64,000 bases of DNA, taken from NCBI GenBank assembly GCA_963774955.1, contig CAVZGV010000006.1, positions 223,224-287,223 of the forward strand, given 5' to 3'. The notes under the pieces are model-generated. The model was not told where the DNA came from. It did not search any database and worked only from the letters and a program-made list of their open reading frames with translations. The DNA is from Candidatus Falkowbacteria bacterium. Lineage in GTDB: Bacteria; Patescibacteriota; Patescibacteriia; CAIXNZ01. Shown piece by piece: positions 38,193 to 47,615 of the stretch; positions within the stretch are counted from its first letter, which is position 1; each line of letters opens with the position of its first letter. Position numbers and translations under genes: made by a program.

Positions 38193-39787
38193 TTAGGCTT
38201 CCTTTAACTTTTCCAGTCTGGCCAGCGCTTCGGCTGTATTTTTTGAGCCCGAAATGACCTCGATAATTTTCTCCTGAGTATATTCATGGTCATCGCGCAA
38301 ATCATTGGCCAAATGTATAATTTTACCGAAAACAGGTCCGGGTTCAAGACCTAAAAACAAAAGATCACGACCCAGCAACAAATCAGCCGGCTTGCTTTGT
38401 TCTACATTTAAATCCTGCGCCCGTTGTAATAACCACTCGCCGGCTGGAAATTCAGAGGGGAAAATCTTTTGACTCCGAATCTTGCTCGCCAGGGAAAGGA
38501 CCACGGCCCAAATGATCAGCTTCAGCTACCAAAACCAATTCTTTAATGGTTGCCGGAGAGATCTTCTTGGCTAAACGACGGATAGCGCCGTCAGAAACTT
38601 TTGCTCCTTTTTTGACTTCCTCTTCATATAAAAAAGTCGGAAATAAATGATTGGCTACACAGGCAATTACTTTATCAGTTGTGGCCGTATCCATTTTTAT
38701 TTCTTTTAAAAATTTCTTGGTCGGATTTTTACCCTCAGGTTCATGGCCATGGGAAATAACCCTAATATTGCCCTCTTCGTCAGCCCTAAATTTAGTAGTC
38801 GTAGCTTTGCCCAGATCATGGCACAATGAAGCTAATAATATCACCAATGCTTCATCAGACGATAAATTCTCCCGCTTGGCGATTATTGCCGCCTGATCGA
38901 CTGACATCAAAGTATGATTCCAAACATTACCTTCAGGATGCCATTCCCGATCCTGAGGCATTTTAGCCAAGGGCGGAAAACTCGGATGGATTTCTTTCAA
39001 TATACCCAAGGCCATGCCTGCTGATAAACCAACAGAGGGCTTTTCCGATTTCAAAAGTAACTTTTTCCATTCCTCTAAAATTCTTTCTTCAGGCAATTCT
39101 TTTAATTGCGGGATCATATCAACAATCACCTTGGCGCTTTTACGATCCAAGTGATAAACCAAAACGGCCAATAAACTGCAAAGCCCGCATCATTCTCAAA
39201 GGATCATCACGAAAACGTTCAGCGTCGGTTATTCTTAAAACTCTGTTTTCAATATCTTCCAGTCCGTTATAAGGATCATGTAATTGTCCGGTCAGCGGAT
39301 CAGCAGCCATGGAATTTATGGTAAAATCACGTCTTTTAGCCGCTTCAGCCACACTCATGGTCGGATCAGCTTTAACTTCAAAGCCCTTATGCCCGCTGCT
39401 GACTTTAGAATCCTTGCGCGGCAAGGAAACATCAATATCAATGCCCTGGCCAAAGGAAATTTTTAAAATGCCAAAAGCCTTGCCCACATCCGAGACTTTA
39501 CCCAAGTCGCTGACCTGGTCTTCTATTTGTTTGGGTGTTAAACCATAAATTTCAATATCAAAATCCTTGGAAATTTTATTAAAGAATATATCCCGGACAC
39601 AGCCACCCACCAATAAAGCCTGGCCCCCGGCTGCTTTGATTTTTTCAGCAATTAAAATAACCTTTTCATACGTCTGAGCCAAATCCTCGTGACCCAAGTC
39701 GCGTAATTTCCTTAAATAGTCCTCGGGAGTCGGAATTTTGGCTTCAGGCTTCTTTTTGCCTTCATAAATAGCTAATTCATTTTTCAT
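38193..39787 (-). pseudogene. cca: CCA-adding tRNA nucleotidyltransferase / HD-domain polymerase split by two frameshifts
   Basis: 39140..39787 = nucleotidyltransferase head (GGCVRDIFF, RRDFTINSMA). 38452..39171 = HD domain (LCHDLGKATT). 38193..38504 = tail. Consecutive ORFs overlap by 32 and 53 nt in different frames. Confidence 0.6.
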
Positions 39788-39887
39788 ATAAATTTATTAG
39801 GAATTATTATTTTAAGTATAGCAAAAACCGAGCAAAAATGTCACTAAAATAAAAACACCCCTCATCGAGGGGCGTTTTATACTATAG

Positions 39888-40560
39888 TTAATCAATTTTT
39901 ATCAGTTCAATACTCTTGATCCTTATATCGGTTAGCGGATGATCATTCTGATCGATTTTAGCTGCTTCAATTTTACTGACAACATCCATACCTGCAACAA
40001 CCTCGCCGAAATTTGTATGTTTGCCGTCTAACCAAGGTGGTCGCCTCAACGGTTACAATGAAAAATTGCGAACCATTGGTATTGGGACCGGAATTAGCCA
40101 TGGCCAGACTGCCCTTGACTAATTTATGCGAGTTAAACTCATCAGCAAATTTATAAGCCGGACCGCCCATGCCGTCATTGGACCGGTCATCATCTTTACT
40201 ATTGGGATCACCGCCCTGAATCATGAAATCAGCAATGACACGGTGAAAAGTAGTTTTGTCATAAAAACCCTTTTTAGCCAGATTCATAAAGTTATTCACG
40301 GTCAGCGGAGAATCCTGGCCATAAAACTTAACTTTAATATCGCCCAAAGAAGTTTTTAAAATTGCACCATTATACTGGTCTAATAAATCTTCCAAGCCCA
40401 ATTTGGCATAAGCCTGCTGTAATTTATCAGCCTGGTTGTTGACGTTGGCGTTTGCGTTGGTGTTGGTGTTCATATTGGTGTTTGTTACGGTTGTTGTTGG
40501 CTTGGCCTGACAGCCGGATAAAAGGGCTGCGAGTGCCAGAATGATTAATGTTTTTTTCAT
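39888..40560 (-). pseudogene. Cyclophilin-type peptidyl-prolyl isomerase lipoprotein with one frameshift near 40045
   Basis: Lipobox LLSGC. HRVIADFMIQGGDP and SQFFIVT in frame A. The conserved C-terminus PWLDGKHTNFGEVVAGMDVVSKIEAA...IELIKID* continues in another frame to TAA at 39888-39890. Confidence 0.6.
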
Positions 40561-40648
40561 GGGTTTTTAGGTTATATAAAGTTTTATGAAGTTGTATTAA
40601 GTTATATTAGGTTGCTTTTGATTGTAAGGTAAAAAACAGTTGCGGTAA

Positions 40649-40668
40649 CCTGCCTGCCGGCAGGCAGG
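40649..40668. repeat. Perfect 20-bp palindrome CCTGCCTGCCGGCAGGCAGG
   Basis: Read directly, in the intergenic region. Second copy of the GGAGCTTAGCTCC hairpin element follows at 40714-40749. Confidence 0.8.
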
Positions 40669-40790
40669 CGAAGCCCGAATGGTTTGGCATTGAAAAGGGA
40701 CGAGAGTCGTTAACGGAGCTTAGCTCCGAAGCGTCGGAGCTAAGCTCCGCACGTTCAGTCCTCTCCGCCCGTACGTTTAACAGTTAACGA

Positions 40791-41765
40791 TTATTCAACA
40801 TCTGCCTCCAGCTTAAAAGTATCCAACCACTCGGCAGTTACCACATTAACAGCAGCCCAGGTCCAGCCTTTGGCCTTAAAAACTGATTCACTGGGTATAT
40901 ATTGGATAATACTGTCATGGATGTAAAAAACTTTCGGACTTTCCGTCAATTTCACCAGTTTAGGATAGGTGAAAATAGCTCTGGCCGGCCCATCGGCCTG
41001 TTTAGTAACGAAGCTATAATCATGAATGGCATTCATAAATAAATCATAGCCATAGCGGTGGGCTGGACCAGCTTTGGTATCGCCGGTATCATTGGTAATA
41101 AATTCCTTAGTCGAATCATCATAACCGATCACAACCAACATATGATAAGATGTGCCTCTAGGCGCCGGCACAAACGGAATATTAGGATTATGCAGGTCAA
41201 AACCATACAAAGGTGTAATTACCGGGCGTTTGCCCTGTAATTCTTTTTTTATCTGCTCAATAGTGGGCTGCTCAATAATTATGGCGTTAGCAACCGTATT
41301 CTCATTAATTAACCTGGCTGTCCTGGCAGCGTCAGAATTGGCATTACCGCCCCAAAGTTTATTCTGAACATCAAAAAGCATGGACATTTCTTTTTTTGCC
41401 GCCTCAATGGAAACAGAACTTAGGCCGGAAAAATACTTATCCACCATAGTTATACTCGCCTCTTCACAGGCATTTTTCCAGGGACCGGTCCAGGAATTAT
41501 CAGGTGATTCGTTAATGTAGGGAACGGATAAAACAACTTTAACTAAATTTTCTGTTGCTACTGCCGGCTTATTAATATTTGCAGGAGAAACCACTAAGGC
41601 CACCTGGTTACTATCATTAATATTTGATTGGGGCACAGGCAGGACCACTGAATTTGTCTCGGAATTTACAACCATTTGAAAACCGGCAAAAATCATAGCC
41701 ACTGAAAAACAACCTGCTGCTAAAACAGCCGCCAAGACCAAGCCATATTTAATTATTTTAATCAT
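40791..41765 (-). CDS. Membrane-anchored papain-like (peptidase C39-like) family protein
   Basis: N-terminal TM. Candidate catalytic Cys in GPWKNACEEASITMV and His in GTSYHMLVVIGYDD. Tandem paralog of 41805..42794. Confidence 0.45.
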   Translation of the reverse strand: MIKIIKYGLVLAAVLAAGCFSVAMIFAGFQMVVNSETNSVVLPVPQSNINDSNQVALVVSPANINKPAVATENLVKVVLSVPYINESPDNSWTGPWKNACEEASITMVDKYFSGLSSVSIEAAKKEMSMLFDVQNKLWGGNANSDAARTARLINENTVANAIIIEQPTIEQIKKELQGKRPVITPLYGFDLHNPNIPFVPAPRGTSYHMLVVIGYDDSTKEFITNDTGDTKAGPAHRYGYDLFMNAIHDYSFVTKQADGPARAIFTYPKLVKLTESPKVFYIHDSIIQYIPSESVFKAKGWTWAAVNVVTAEWLDTFKLEADVE

Positions 41766-41804
41766 ATTTTAAATTTTAACCAATATTAAACAGAGGGCAA
41801 AAGT

Positions 41805-42794
41805 TTATTTAATATCATCACCATTTACAAACGTATCCAGCCACTCCAAAGTCACCAAATTTACAGCATCCCAGCGCCATTTCTTTCTGGTAAAAACCGC
41901 TGGCTGAGTTACATATTGTTTAATATTGTCATGCAAATAATAAATACGGGGGGAATCAATGGTTTTAACCAGTTTAGGATATGTAAAAATCACCCGCGCC
42001 GGACCATTGGCCTTATACGAGCCGAAATCAAAATCATGCAAAGAATTCATAAATAAATCATATTTATACCTATAACCGTCACCGTCCTTACGATCACCCG
42101 TATCATTAACAATAAATTCCTGATTTTCGTCATTATAACCGGTTATAACCACCATATGGTATGAAGTACCGCCCCTGGATGCAGGTACAAAAGGTATATT
42201 AGGATTTTTTAAATCAAAACCATAATGCATGGAAATCACCGGGCGCTTCTGCTGCAGCTCTTTTTTAATGTCTTCAACAGCTGGATTATCAATTATTTGG
42301 GCATTGGCAACGGTATAATCGTTAATCAAACGAACTGTGCGTTTGGCATCAGAATCAGCATTTGAGCCCCAAATGGCATTTTGATTGATAAACATAGCGT
42401 ACATAAAATTTTTAGCCTGAGCAATGGAAACGTTTAAATTGCCCAGATAATAATTCTCCACCATAGCCATGCTCGCCTCTTCACAGGCATTTTTCCAGGG
42501 ACCGATCCATTTATTATCAGGGGCTTCATATATATAGGGGACTTCCAAATTAAGCCGGGTCAGCTTGACATTCGGGCCAGCCACAGGAGAATATCCGTGA
42601 AAAACTTCTAATGCATCCTGATAAGAGTCCCTATCCGTATCGGGATTTTTGGGATCAGTCCCAAAAACTGTTTGTTCTTCATAATCAAAAAGTCCGTCTT
42701 TATCAGTATCATTATCTATTTTGGCAAAGACAAAACCAGCGGCAGAAATTAAGCCGATAGTAACTATTAAAAATAGAATAAATTTTCTACTCAT
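41805..42794 (-). CDS. Peptidase C39-like paralog with N-terminal thrombospondin-type-3-like Asp-rich calcium-binding repeats
   Basis: DNDTDKDGLFDYEE...DPKNPDTDRDSYQD repeats. Same Cys/His contexts (GPWKNACEEASMAMV, GTSYHMVVITGYND). Confidence 0.45.
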   Translation of the reverse strand: MSRKFILFLIVTIGLISAAGFVFAKIDNDTDKDGLFDYEEQTVFGTDPKNPDTDRDSYQDALEVFHGYSPVAGPNVKLTRLNLEVPYIYEAPDNKWIGPWKNACEEASMAMVENYYLGNLNVSIAQAKNFMYAMFINQNAIWGSNADSDAKRTVRLINDYTVANAQIIDNPAVEDIKKELQQKRPVISMHYGFDLKNPNIPFVPASRGGTSYHMVVITGYNDENQEFIVNDTGDRKDGDGYRYKYDLFMNSLHDFDFGSYKANGPARVIFTYPKLVKTIDSPRIYYLHDNIKQYVTQPAVFTRKKWRWDAVNLVTLEWLDTFVNGDDIK

Positions 42795-42928
42795 GTTAAT
42801 ATTTTAGCAAAAATGGACAAAGATGACAACCGCAATCTTGACATAATTTTAATATACTGATAAGCTAATATGTCGTACATTTAATCTCAAATTCAAAAAA
42901 TCAACAAGCCCAAAAAAAGGAGCTTAAA

Positions 42929-43330
42929 ATGAAATGTGAAGTCTGCGGTTATGAAAAAGATACCAAAGCGGCTGAATATCGTTACCTTTTCAATATAGAA
43001 CCTTTAACCGCCCAAACTTTTGGCGTAGTCCTGTTTGAACAAGGTAAACCGACCAAATTTGTCATCCAGTTCATTTGGCATGAAAAACCAGTGACCTTTG
43101 TTCTGCCCGCAGATATTACCCACCTCATTTATGCCGGCTGGGGTAGCAATTTTGACCTCAACTTTATTTTGCTGACCCAAGCCCAGGCGCAAATATTGCC
43201 GGTTACCTGCTGTGAACCATGTTTTAAAAAAATTCTGGCCCAGCAAACCGTCAGTCTTGCTCCCTACATGAACACTAATGAAGACGGCTACGATGACCCG
43301 GAAATTAAACAAATCACCCTCGGTAAGTAG
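42929..43330 (+). CDS. Hypothetical protein (133 aa)
   Basis: ORF with RBS AAAGGAG. N-terminal CxxC (MKCEVCG). No family assignment. Confidence 0.35.
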   Translation: MKCEVCGYEKDTKAAEYRYLFNIEPLTAQTFGVVLFEQGKPTKFVIQFIWHEKPVTFVLPADITHLIYAGWGSNFDLNFILLTQAQAQILPVTCCEPCFKKILAQQTVSLAPYMNTNEDGYDDPEIKQITLGK

Positions 43331-43495
43331 CCGAATTCAAGCGATTAACCGTAGGCCCCGGAAAACTTTCCGGAGCCTTTTTTTAAAAAAATTACCACTC
43401 GGTACCTCCCCTCTTTCTGCGTCGGCTTCCATTTGACTAAATAATAAATTACTGCTAAATTTATTTAAACCAAACCAAACAGGAGGGTCTTTAAA

Positions 43496-44077
43496 ATGGT
43501 AAAAATTCTGGGCATGCGTCACGGACAAAAAGACGGTGATAAAATCACTGTCTTGGGAGCCAAGCAGGTCTTTGCCGCCGGACTAAATTTGTCCGAGCGG
43601 GGCTTTCGCTTTGAACGGATTATTCATTCCGGAGCCATCAGGACCAAACAATCTTTATACGTTATGGCAGCAGCTCTCAAACTCTTTAAGCTGCCACTGG
43701 AAGAAAACAAGAGTTTTTCGTATACAACGGTCATTAAATACCATAAAGATTATGCTGAGTTTAAAGCTGAAATGATGAAGATCAAAAAAGCTGGCGGTAC
43801 CCTGGATGTAGCCCTTGAACTTAGTAACTATGCCCGGGCAATCCGAGAGTTTATGACCAAGTCATTGCTTGATCTTGCTGAGGACATGGAAAGACGCAAA
43901 CAAATCTACGCGCTAGCAATCAGCCATTCGCCCTTGATTATCAGTGCCTCACCAGAACCATGGCAAACGCCATATGGACTTTTTGAATGCGACGGCATTC
44001 TCTACACCATTAAAAAAGGCCAGATCACGGACTTTGATATCATCAGAGCCCCTATACAAGGCAAGACTACCTGGTAA
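43496..44077 (+). CDS. Histidine phosphatase superfamily (phosphoglycerate-mutase-like/SixA-like) protein
   Basis: ILGMRHGQKDG contains the RHG catalytic motif at the expected N-terminal position. A later H in LAISHSPLI. RBS GGAGGG upstream. Confidence 0.45.
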   Translation: MVKILGMRHGQKDGDKITVLGAKQVFAAGLNLSERGFRFERIIHSGAIRTKQSLYVMAAALKLFKLPLEENKSFSYTTVIKYHKDYAEFKAEMMKIKKAGGTLDVALELSNYARAIREFMTKSLLDLAEDMERRKQIYALAISHSPLIISASPEPWQTPYGLFECDGILYTIKKGQITDFDIIRAPIQGKTTW

Positions 44078-44131
44078 AACTCAAAAGGCCTACCCTATTC
44101 GGGCAGGCCTTTTTTTATTTAAGAGGAAGAT

Positions 44132-44827
44132 TTATTTTAAAATTTTCGCGACCAGATTATCAATATCCTTATTTTTATCCCAAATTTTTTTCATCTTTAG
44201 ATATAACTTTTTACAATCAGGATAAGGGTCGGGATATATTCCCCTGCTAAATTCTTGCCAAAAATTACTATTCTCAATTAAAACATTGAGGTTCTCGGTA
44301 AATTGCCAAAACTTATTATCAGGAGAATTACATTCACTGGGCAACAGCCCAAATTTTTTTGACAAATAGTCATATTCTATAAAATGCAACATTTCATGGG
44401 CTACAACACGTAAATCCATATTTTCCCGGCCCGGTTTATATGTCCGCAGCGGGAAGGCAAAGGTTTTTTCCTTGATAAAGCGTGGAAATGAACGGCCAAT
44501 AGAAACATAGGCACGGTAGTTACCTTTGGGCCAGGGCCAATCATGAAACAACCGGTCAACTTTTTTAAAAAATATTTTTTCCACTTTTTGCCATTTGGTT
44601 TGAGTGTTTCTGACACTATCGGCCAAATAGTCCTTTTGGGCCAAATAGTATTCATCCAAGTATGCATTCAAAATTTCATTTTTATTTTTTATAAATTCCT
44701 GGCGCAAAACAAAACCAATACCCACAGGCAAAAATCGCTCAGCATTTCTTTCTCTGGCCAGAAAAACCTTTTTTTCCCGATTCAAATCAACACAAAATTT
44801 AATTTTAGGATAATATTTTTTAGACAT
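44132..44827 (-). CDS. Hypothetical protein with HExxH motif (possible zinc-dependent hydrolase)
   Basis: VVAHEMLHFIEY. Otherwise unassigned. Confidence 0.35.
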   Translation of the reverse strand: MSKKYYPKIKFCVDLNREKKVFLARERNAERFLPVGIGFVLRQEFIKNKNEILNAYLDEYYLAQKDYLADSVRNTQTKWQKVEKIFFKKVDRLFHDWPWPKGNYRAYVSIGRSFPRFIKEKTFAFPLRTYKPGRENMDLRVVAHEMLHFIEYDYLSKKFGLLPSECNSPDNKFWQFTENLNVLIENSNFWQEFSRGIYPDPYPDCKKLYLKMKKIWDKNKDIDNLVAKILK

Positions 44828-44866
44828 ATATTTATTATCTCTAAGTATAACAAAAAATCGCCTCTA

Positions 44867-44915
44867 ATAAAAACAACACCCACTACATCGGATGTTGTTT
44901 TGTTCTGGTTCGGGG
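44867..44915. repeat. 48-bp direct repeat copy 1 (AAAAACAACACCCACTACATCGGATGTTGTTTTGTTCTGGTTCGGGGG)
   Basis: About 85% identical to 45801-45846, same orientation. Internal hairpin AACAACACCC...GGATGTTGTT. Confidence 0.75.
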
Positions 44916-44984
44916 GCTAGTTGACTATGTTGGAACTATTTGTTAAGGTAAAAAAAACAATTCCTATAGAAAAAGGAGGAAATA

Positions 44985-45359
44985 ATGAAAGTGTTGTTTT
45001 TTAAGGAGGATTATGACATTGATTTACATTATGGTCAAGGTCATACTGGTTATGGTGTTATTGTGGAGGGAAGTAATTTAGTAATATTTTTCAACAAAAG
45101 TACCTCCAAAATAACTGTTACTGAAAGCCCTGATTTTATTAAAAAAATTAATCCATTGTTTACACAGGAACAAATAAAAGAAGAAGAAGATCTGCTTGAG
45201 CAATCGATAACTCATACGAGAATAAAAATCACTAATACAGATGATGACACTTCAATAGAAGAATTGATTGCAGAAACAAAAAAATTCGCAGAACAAGAAA
45301 AAGCAATACTTGAAAAACTCCTATCACACTTTCCCGAAGAAGAGGAAAAGGAAGATTAG
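44985..45359 (+). CDS. Acidic hypothetical protein (124 aa)
   Basis: RBS AAGGAGGA. Glu-rich C-terminus. No family. Confidence 0.35.
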   Translation: MKVLFFKEDYDIDLHYGQGHTGYGVIVEGSNLVIFFNKSTSKITVTESPDFIKKINPLFTQEQIKEEEDLLEQSITHTRIKITNTDDDTSIEELIAETKKFAEQEKAILEKLLSHFPEEEEKED

Positions 45360-45407
45360 GGAAAAAAGTAATAAAGCTTGCCCCCTGAGGAAACTCTTGG
45401 GGCATTT

Positions 45408-45722
45408 TTATTTTACAATTGAAAATCTTAACATTAACTTTAATCCTTTGCGCCCCTTTGTTGTTTTAAGATACTTTTCGCGCCTTTTGGCGTCTCTTTT
45501 ATCTTTATAGGCTTCATAAAAAATTAAATCCCAAGGCAGGTAGGGTTTTGTTGCTGCCGATAGACCATTATTATGCTCATTTAATCGTCTATCAAGATGT
45601 ATAGTATAGCCGACGTAAAATTGAGTAGGTTTGATTTTACTTTGTAAATAATAAACGAAGTACATAAATTTATAAATTATTATATCAATATTATAGCAAG
45701 TGGCCGCGAGAAATGTAACCAC
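45408..45722 (-). CDS. GIY-YIG nuclease family small protein (likely true start at internal Met 45665, MYFVYYLQS)
   Basis: FYVGYTIHLDRRLNEHNNG matches the YIG plus R/N core. Second GIY-YIG gene in the window, again beside a stable RNA gene. Confidence 0.65.
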   Translation of the reverse strand: MVTFLAATCYNIDIIIYKFMYFVYYLQSKIKPTQFYVGYTIHLDRRLNEHNNGLSAATKPYLPWDLIFYEAYKDKRDAKRREKYLKTTKGRKGLKLMLRFSIVK

Positions 45723-45800
45723 CGAGAGCGGCCAGAACCAGAACTCGCTCTGCTTGTTCGGTACTGGCCAGCCCCGAACCGAACAAAATCGTCGGTAACT

Positions 45801-45846
45801 AAAACAACACCCATTTTATCGGGTGCTGTTTTGTTCTGGTTCGGGG
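45801..45846. repeat. 48-bp direct repeat copy 2, abutting the tRNA-Asp 3' end
   Basis: AAAACAACACCCATTTTATCGGGTGCTGTTTTGTTCTGGTTCGGGG. Ends 1 nt before the tRNA. Confidence 0.75.
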
Positions 45847-45847
45847 C

Positions 45848-45920
45848 GGAGCGGACGAGACTCGGACTCGCGACCTCTGCCGTGACAGGGCAGCGCTCTA
45901 ACCAACTGAGCTACCGCTCC
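45848..45920 (-). tRNA. tRNA-Asp (anticodon GTC)
   Basis: Reverse complement GGAGCGGTAGCTCAGTTGGTTAGAGCGCTGCCCTGTCACGGCAGAGGTCGCGAGTCCGAGTCTCGTCCGCTCC folds as a cloverleaf with anticodon loop CUGUCAC. CCA not encoded. Confidence 0.85.
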
Positions 45921-45954
45921 AATTTTGAAGTTCTTTTTACCAACTGCTTGCCCG

Positions 45955-45986
45955 CCATAGCTTTAGCGAAGGCGGGAGCTACCGCT
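45955..45986. repeat. Hairpin CCCGCC-ATAGCTTTAGCGAA-GGCGGG followed by a 13-nt duplicate of the tRNA-Asp 5' end (GAGCTACCGCTCC)
   Basis: Read directly. Loop nearly identical to the loops in the tmRNA-adjacent direct repeats. Confidence 0.7.
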
Positions 45987-46185
45987 CCAAAATAAAAATA
46001 AGGTTTTCAAGCCTTGTGAAGCTATTATAGCATTTAATTTTTACCTTGGCAAGAGTTAATCCCCTGAAATTTACCCCTTCTTCAATCGCCTAAAATAATC
46101 TTATATATCCGCATTTTGAGTGTCTGGACAAATTTTACAAAATAGCATAAGGTTGTAATGTATTATAATTAATAACCTTAAAAAA

Positions 46186-47505
46186 ATGCTGACCACAATT
46201 TCCATTACTTTCGTGATTATAGCCCTGCTTTTCCTGTTTATTCTCTTTTTCATGGCTACATATAAGGTCGTCGACCCCAATGTCGCCCATGTCGTAGTCT
46301 TTATGAGCCGGGGCAGAAAAATATACGCGCCTCAATTATCAGGCGAAGGCAAAGCCAAAACAGCGTACTTTTATATCCCCCTTTTAATGAAACGCTTTAT
46401 CCTGCCGTTGACTAATGTAAAAATGGACATTCCTGATATTCATTTAAACGATATCCAGGTTGCTCCTTTTGTCTGTGATGTGATTACCTGGATACATATC
46501 CAGGATCCGATTAAAGCGGCTGAAAGATTATCATTAAATGAAAAAGATACTTTCAGCTCATTACGGGAAGACTTAGTAAATATTGTACAGGCAGTTGCCC
46601 GTGCCGTGGCCATGAAACAGGAAGTTTTGGATATTATGCGCGACCGCAAAACATTTTCCCAATCAGTCAGCGCTGAAGTTGACGGGGTCTTGGGTTCCTG
46701 GGGCATTGAATTGATAAATCTGGAAGTTAATGATATCCGTGATGATGCGACTAAAGAATCAAATGTCATTTCCGACTATGAAAGCATCCGAAAAGCCCAG
46801 ATCAATTCCAAAGCCAGACAAGAAGTCTCTATTCGCGATCGAGAAGCCGTGGAAATTGAGCAGGAAAACAGGCAAAAGGCGGAAATCGCCACTGCCATTG
46901 CTGAAGAAAATTTTACCAAAAGACAAATTGAAAAAGATAAAAATATCGGTATTATGGGACAGGATAAAGAAAGAGAAATTGCCCAAAAATCCGAAGAAGC
47001 CAATAAACAAAAAGTTGAAGCCTTGCGGACTAAAGATGTTGGTGAAGCCAATGTCATCAAACAGGCGACAATTGAAAGAGCGACCGGTGAAGCCGAAGCG
47101 ATCAGAGTTACCGGAGAAAAAGAAGCCAATGTTATCCAGCTTAAAGGTGAAGCCGAAGGCCGGGCCATTCAGGCCAAAGGTGAAGCTGAAGCTATTGCCA
47201 AGGAGAAAATGGCCGAAGCCATGCAAAAATTTAATGATGCCGCCACTAATATTGAAAAAATCAGAGCCTGGATAGACGTACAAAAAGCCATGTGGGAAGC
47301 TTATGGCAAAGTCGCCAGCAACGCTGATATTAAAATTGTCAGTTCAGGCAAAGGCGCCAGTTTATTGGGTGTGCCTTTAAATGCGGAAACCGGTGCTGAT
47401 TTTTCACAGATGATTGAAAGTATCGGCGATATTGATAAATTAAAACAAGTCATCAAAGTTGCTTCTGATAAACTTAACAAAAAAAGTAATTCTCAAGAAT
47501 CATAA
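46186..47505 (+). CDS. SPFH/band-7 (flotillin-like) membrane scaffold protein
   Basis: N-terminal TM plus PHB-like domain (VVDPNVAHVVVF...). Long EA-rich coiled-coil repeats (GEAEAIRVTGEKEANVIQLKGEAEGRAIQAKGEAEAIA) typical of flotillin/YqiK. Confidence 0.65.
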   Translation: MLTTISITFVIIALLFLFILFFMATYKVVDPNVAHVVVFMSRGRKIYAPQLSGEGKAKTAYFYIPLLMKRFILPLTNVKMDIPDIHLNDIQVAPFVCDVITWIHIQDPIKAAERLSLNEKDTFSSLREDLVNIVQAVARAVAMKQEVLDIMRDRKTFSQSVSAEVDGVLGSWGIELINLEVNDIRDDATKESNVISDYESIRKAQINSKARQEVSIRDREAVEIEQENRQKAEIATAIAEENFTKRQIEKDKNIGIMGQDKEREIAQKSEEANKQKVEALRTKDVGEANVIKQATIERATGEAEAIRVTGEKEANVIQLKGEAEGRAIQAKGEAEAIAKEKMAEAMQKFNDAATNIEKIRAWIDVQKAMWEAYGKVASNADIKIVSSGKGASLLGVPLNAETGADFSQMIESIGDIDKLKQVIKVASDKLNKKSNSQES

Positions 47506-47615
47506 GAAATAAATTCCATATCGATATAGTCCCCCAAAAACCGCTGTCCTGGCGGTTTTTTGGCGGAAAATAAAAAAGACCCGCAAGTTTCCTTGGGGTC
47601 TTAAACTTCAAATTA

